In this document: in pieces, positions 63,813-64,000 of the stretch | How the letters are laid out: each line of letters opens with the position of its first letter | Numbering within the stretch: the stretch's first letter is position 1 | The notes under the pieces: model-generated | What the model was told of the DNA's origin: nothing | The model's database searches: none | What the model saw: the letters and a program-made list of their open reading frames with translations, nothing else | Origin: the human T2T-CHM13v2.0 reference genome, Homo sapiens | DNA: 64,000 nt | Assembly: GCF_009914755.1 (NCBI RefSeq) | Contig: NC_060934.1 | Strand: one strand, 5' to 3' | Made by a program: the position numbers and the translations under genes

Positions 63813-64000
63813 ATTTAATTTCCTTCTGACTTGTACTGTAAACTAGGAGATGGATAAGTATTTTAAGGTGCTGATAAGCAGAATACCAAGTCAACAGCTT
63901 TGATTTGTTCAAATTGTTTCTTGACTACAGGGAGAAAAAAAAATAAAGGATGTCAATATCTAGTGATCCAAGCAACATATTGTTTTCTAGTAAATTCAGA

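Overview
Human (primate) genomic DNA, not microbial. The left end carries the 5' part of ASAH2 (neutral ceramidase) on the minus strand: three coding exons (8668-8830, 5406-5638, 3386-3535) encoding residues 1-170. Its first two coding introns both use GC-AG donors, and there is a candidate non-coding first exon near 11.6 kb. The rest is repeat-rich sequence upstream of the gene. The centrepiece is a near full-length, inactivated L1PA4-like LINE-1 (22594-31201). A complete processed DYNC1I2 mRNA copy (IC-2C isoform, DYNC1I2P1-like, 25071-27529) has retrotransposed into its ORF2 endonuclease region in the same orientation. The right end is a nested stack: an ancient L1M hosts an L1MA/PB-type element, which hosts a twin-primed, 5'-inverted L1PA3-like insertion and an AluY. 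Alus, MaLR/ERV LTRs, a MER47-type DNA transposon, L2, MIRs and several short local duplications fill the gaps. I see no wholly new gene system. The most promising testable ideas concern the L1 promoter: its antisense activity points at ASAH2 and its sense activity points at the dynein retrocopy.
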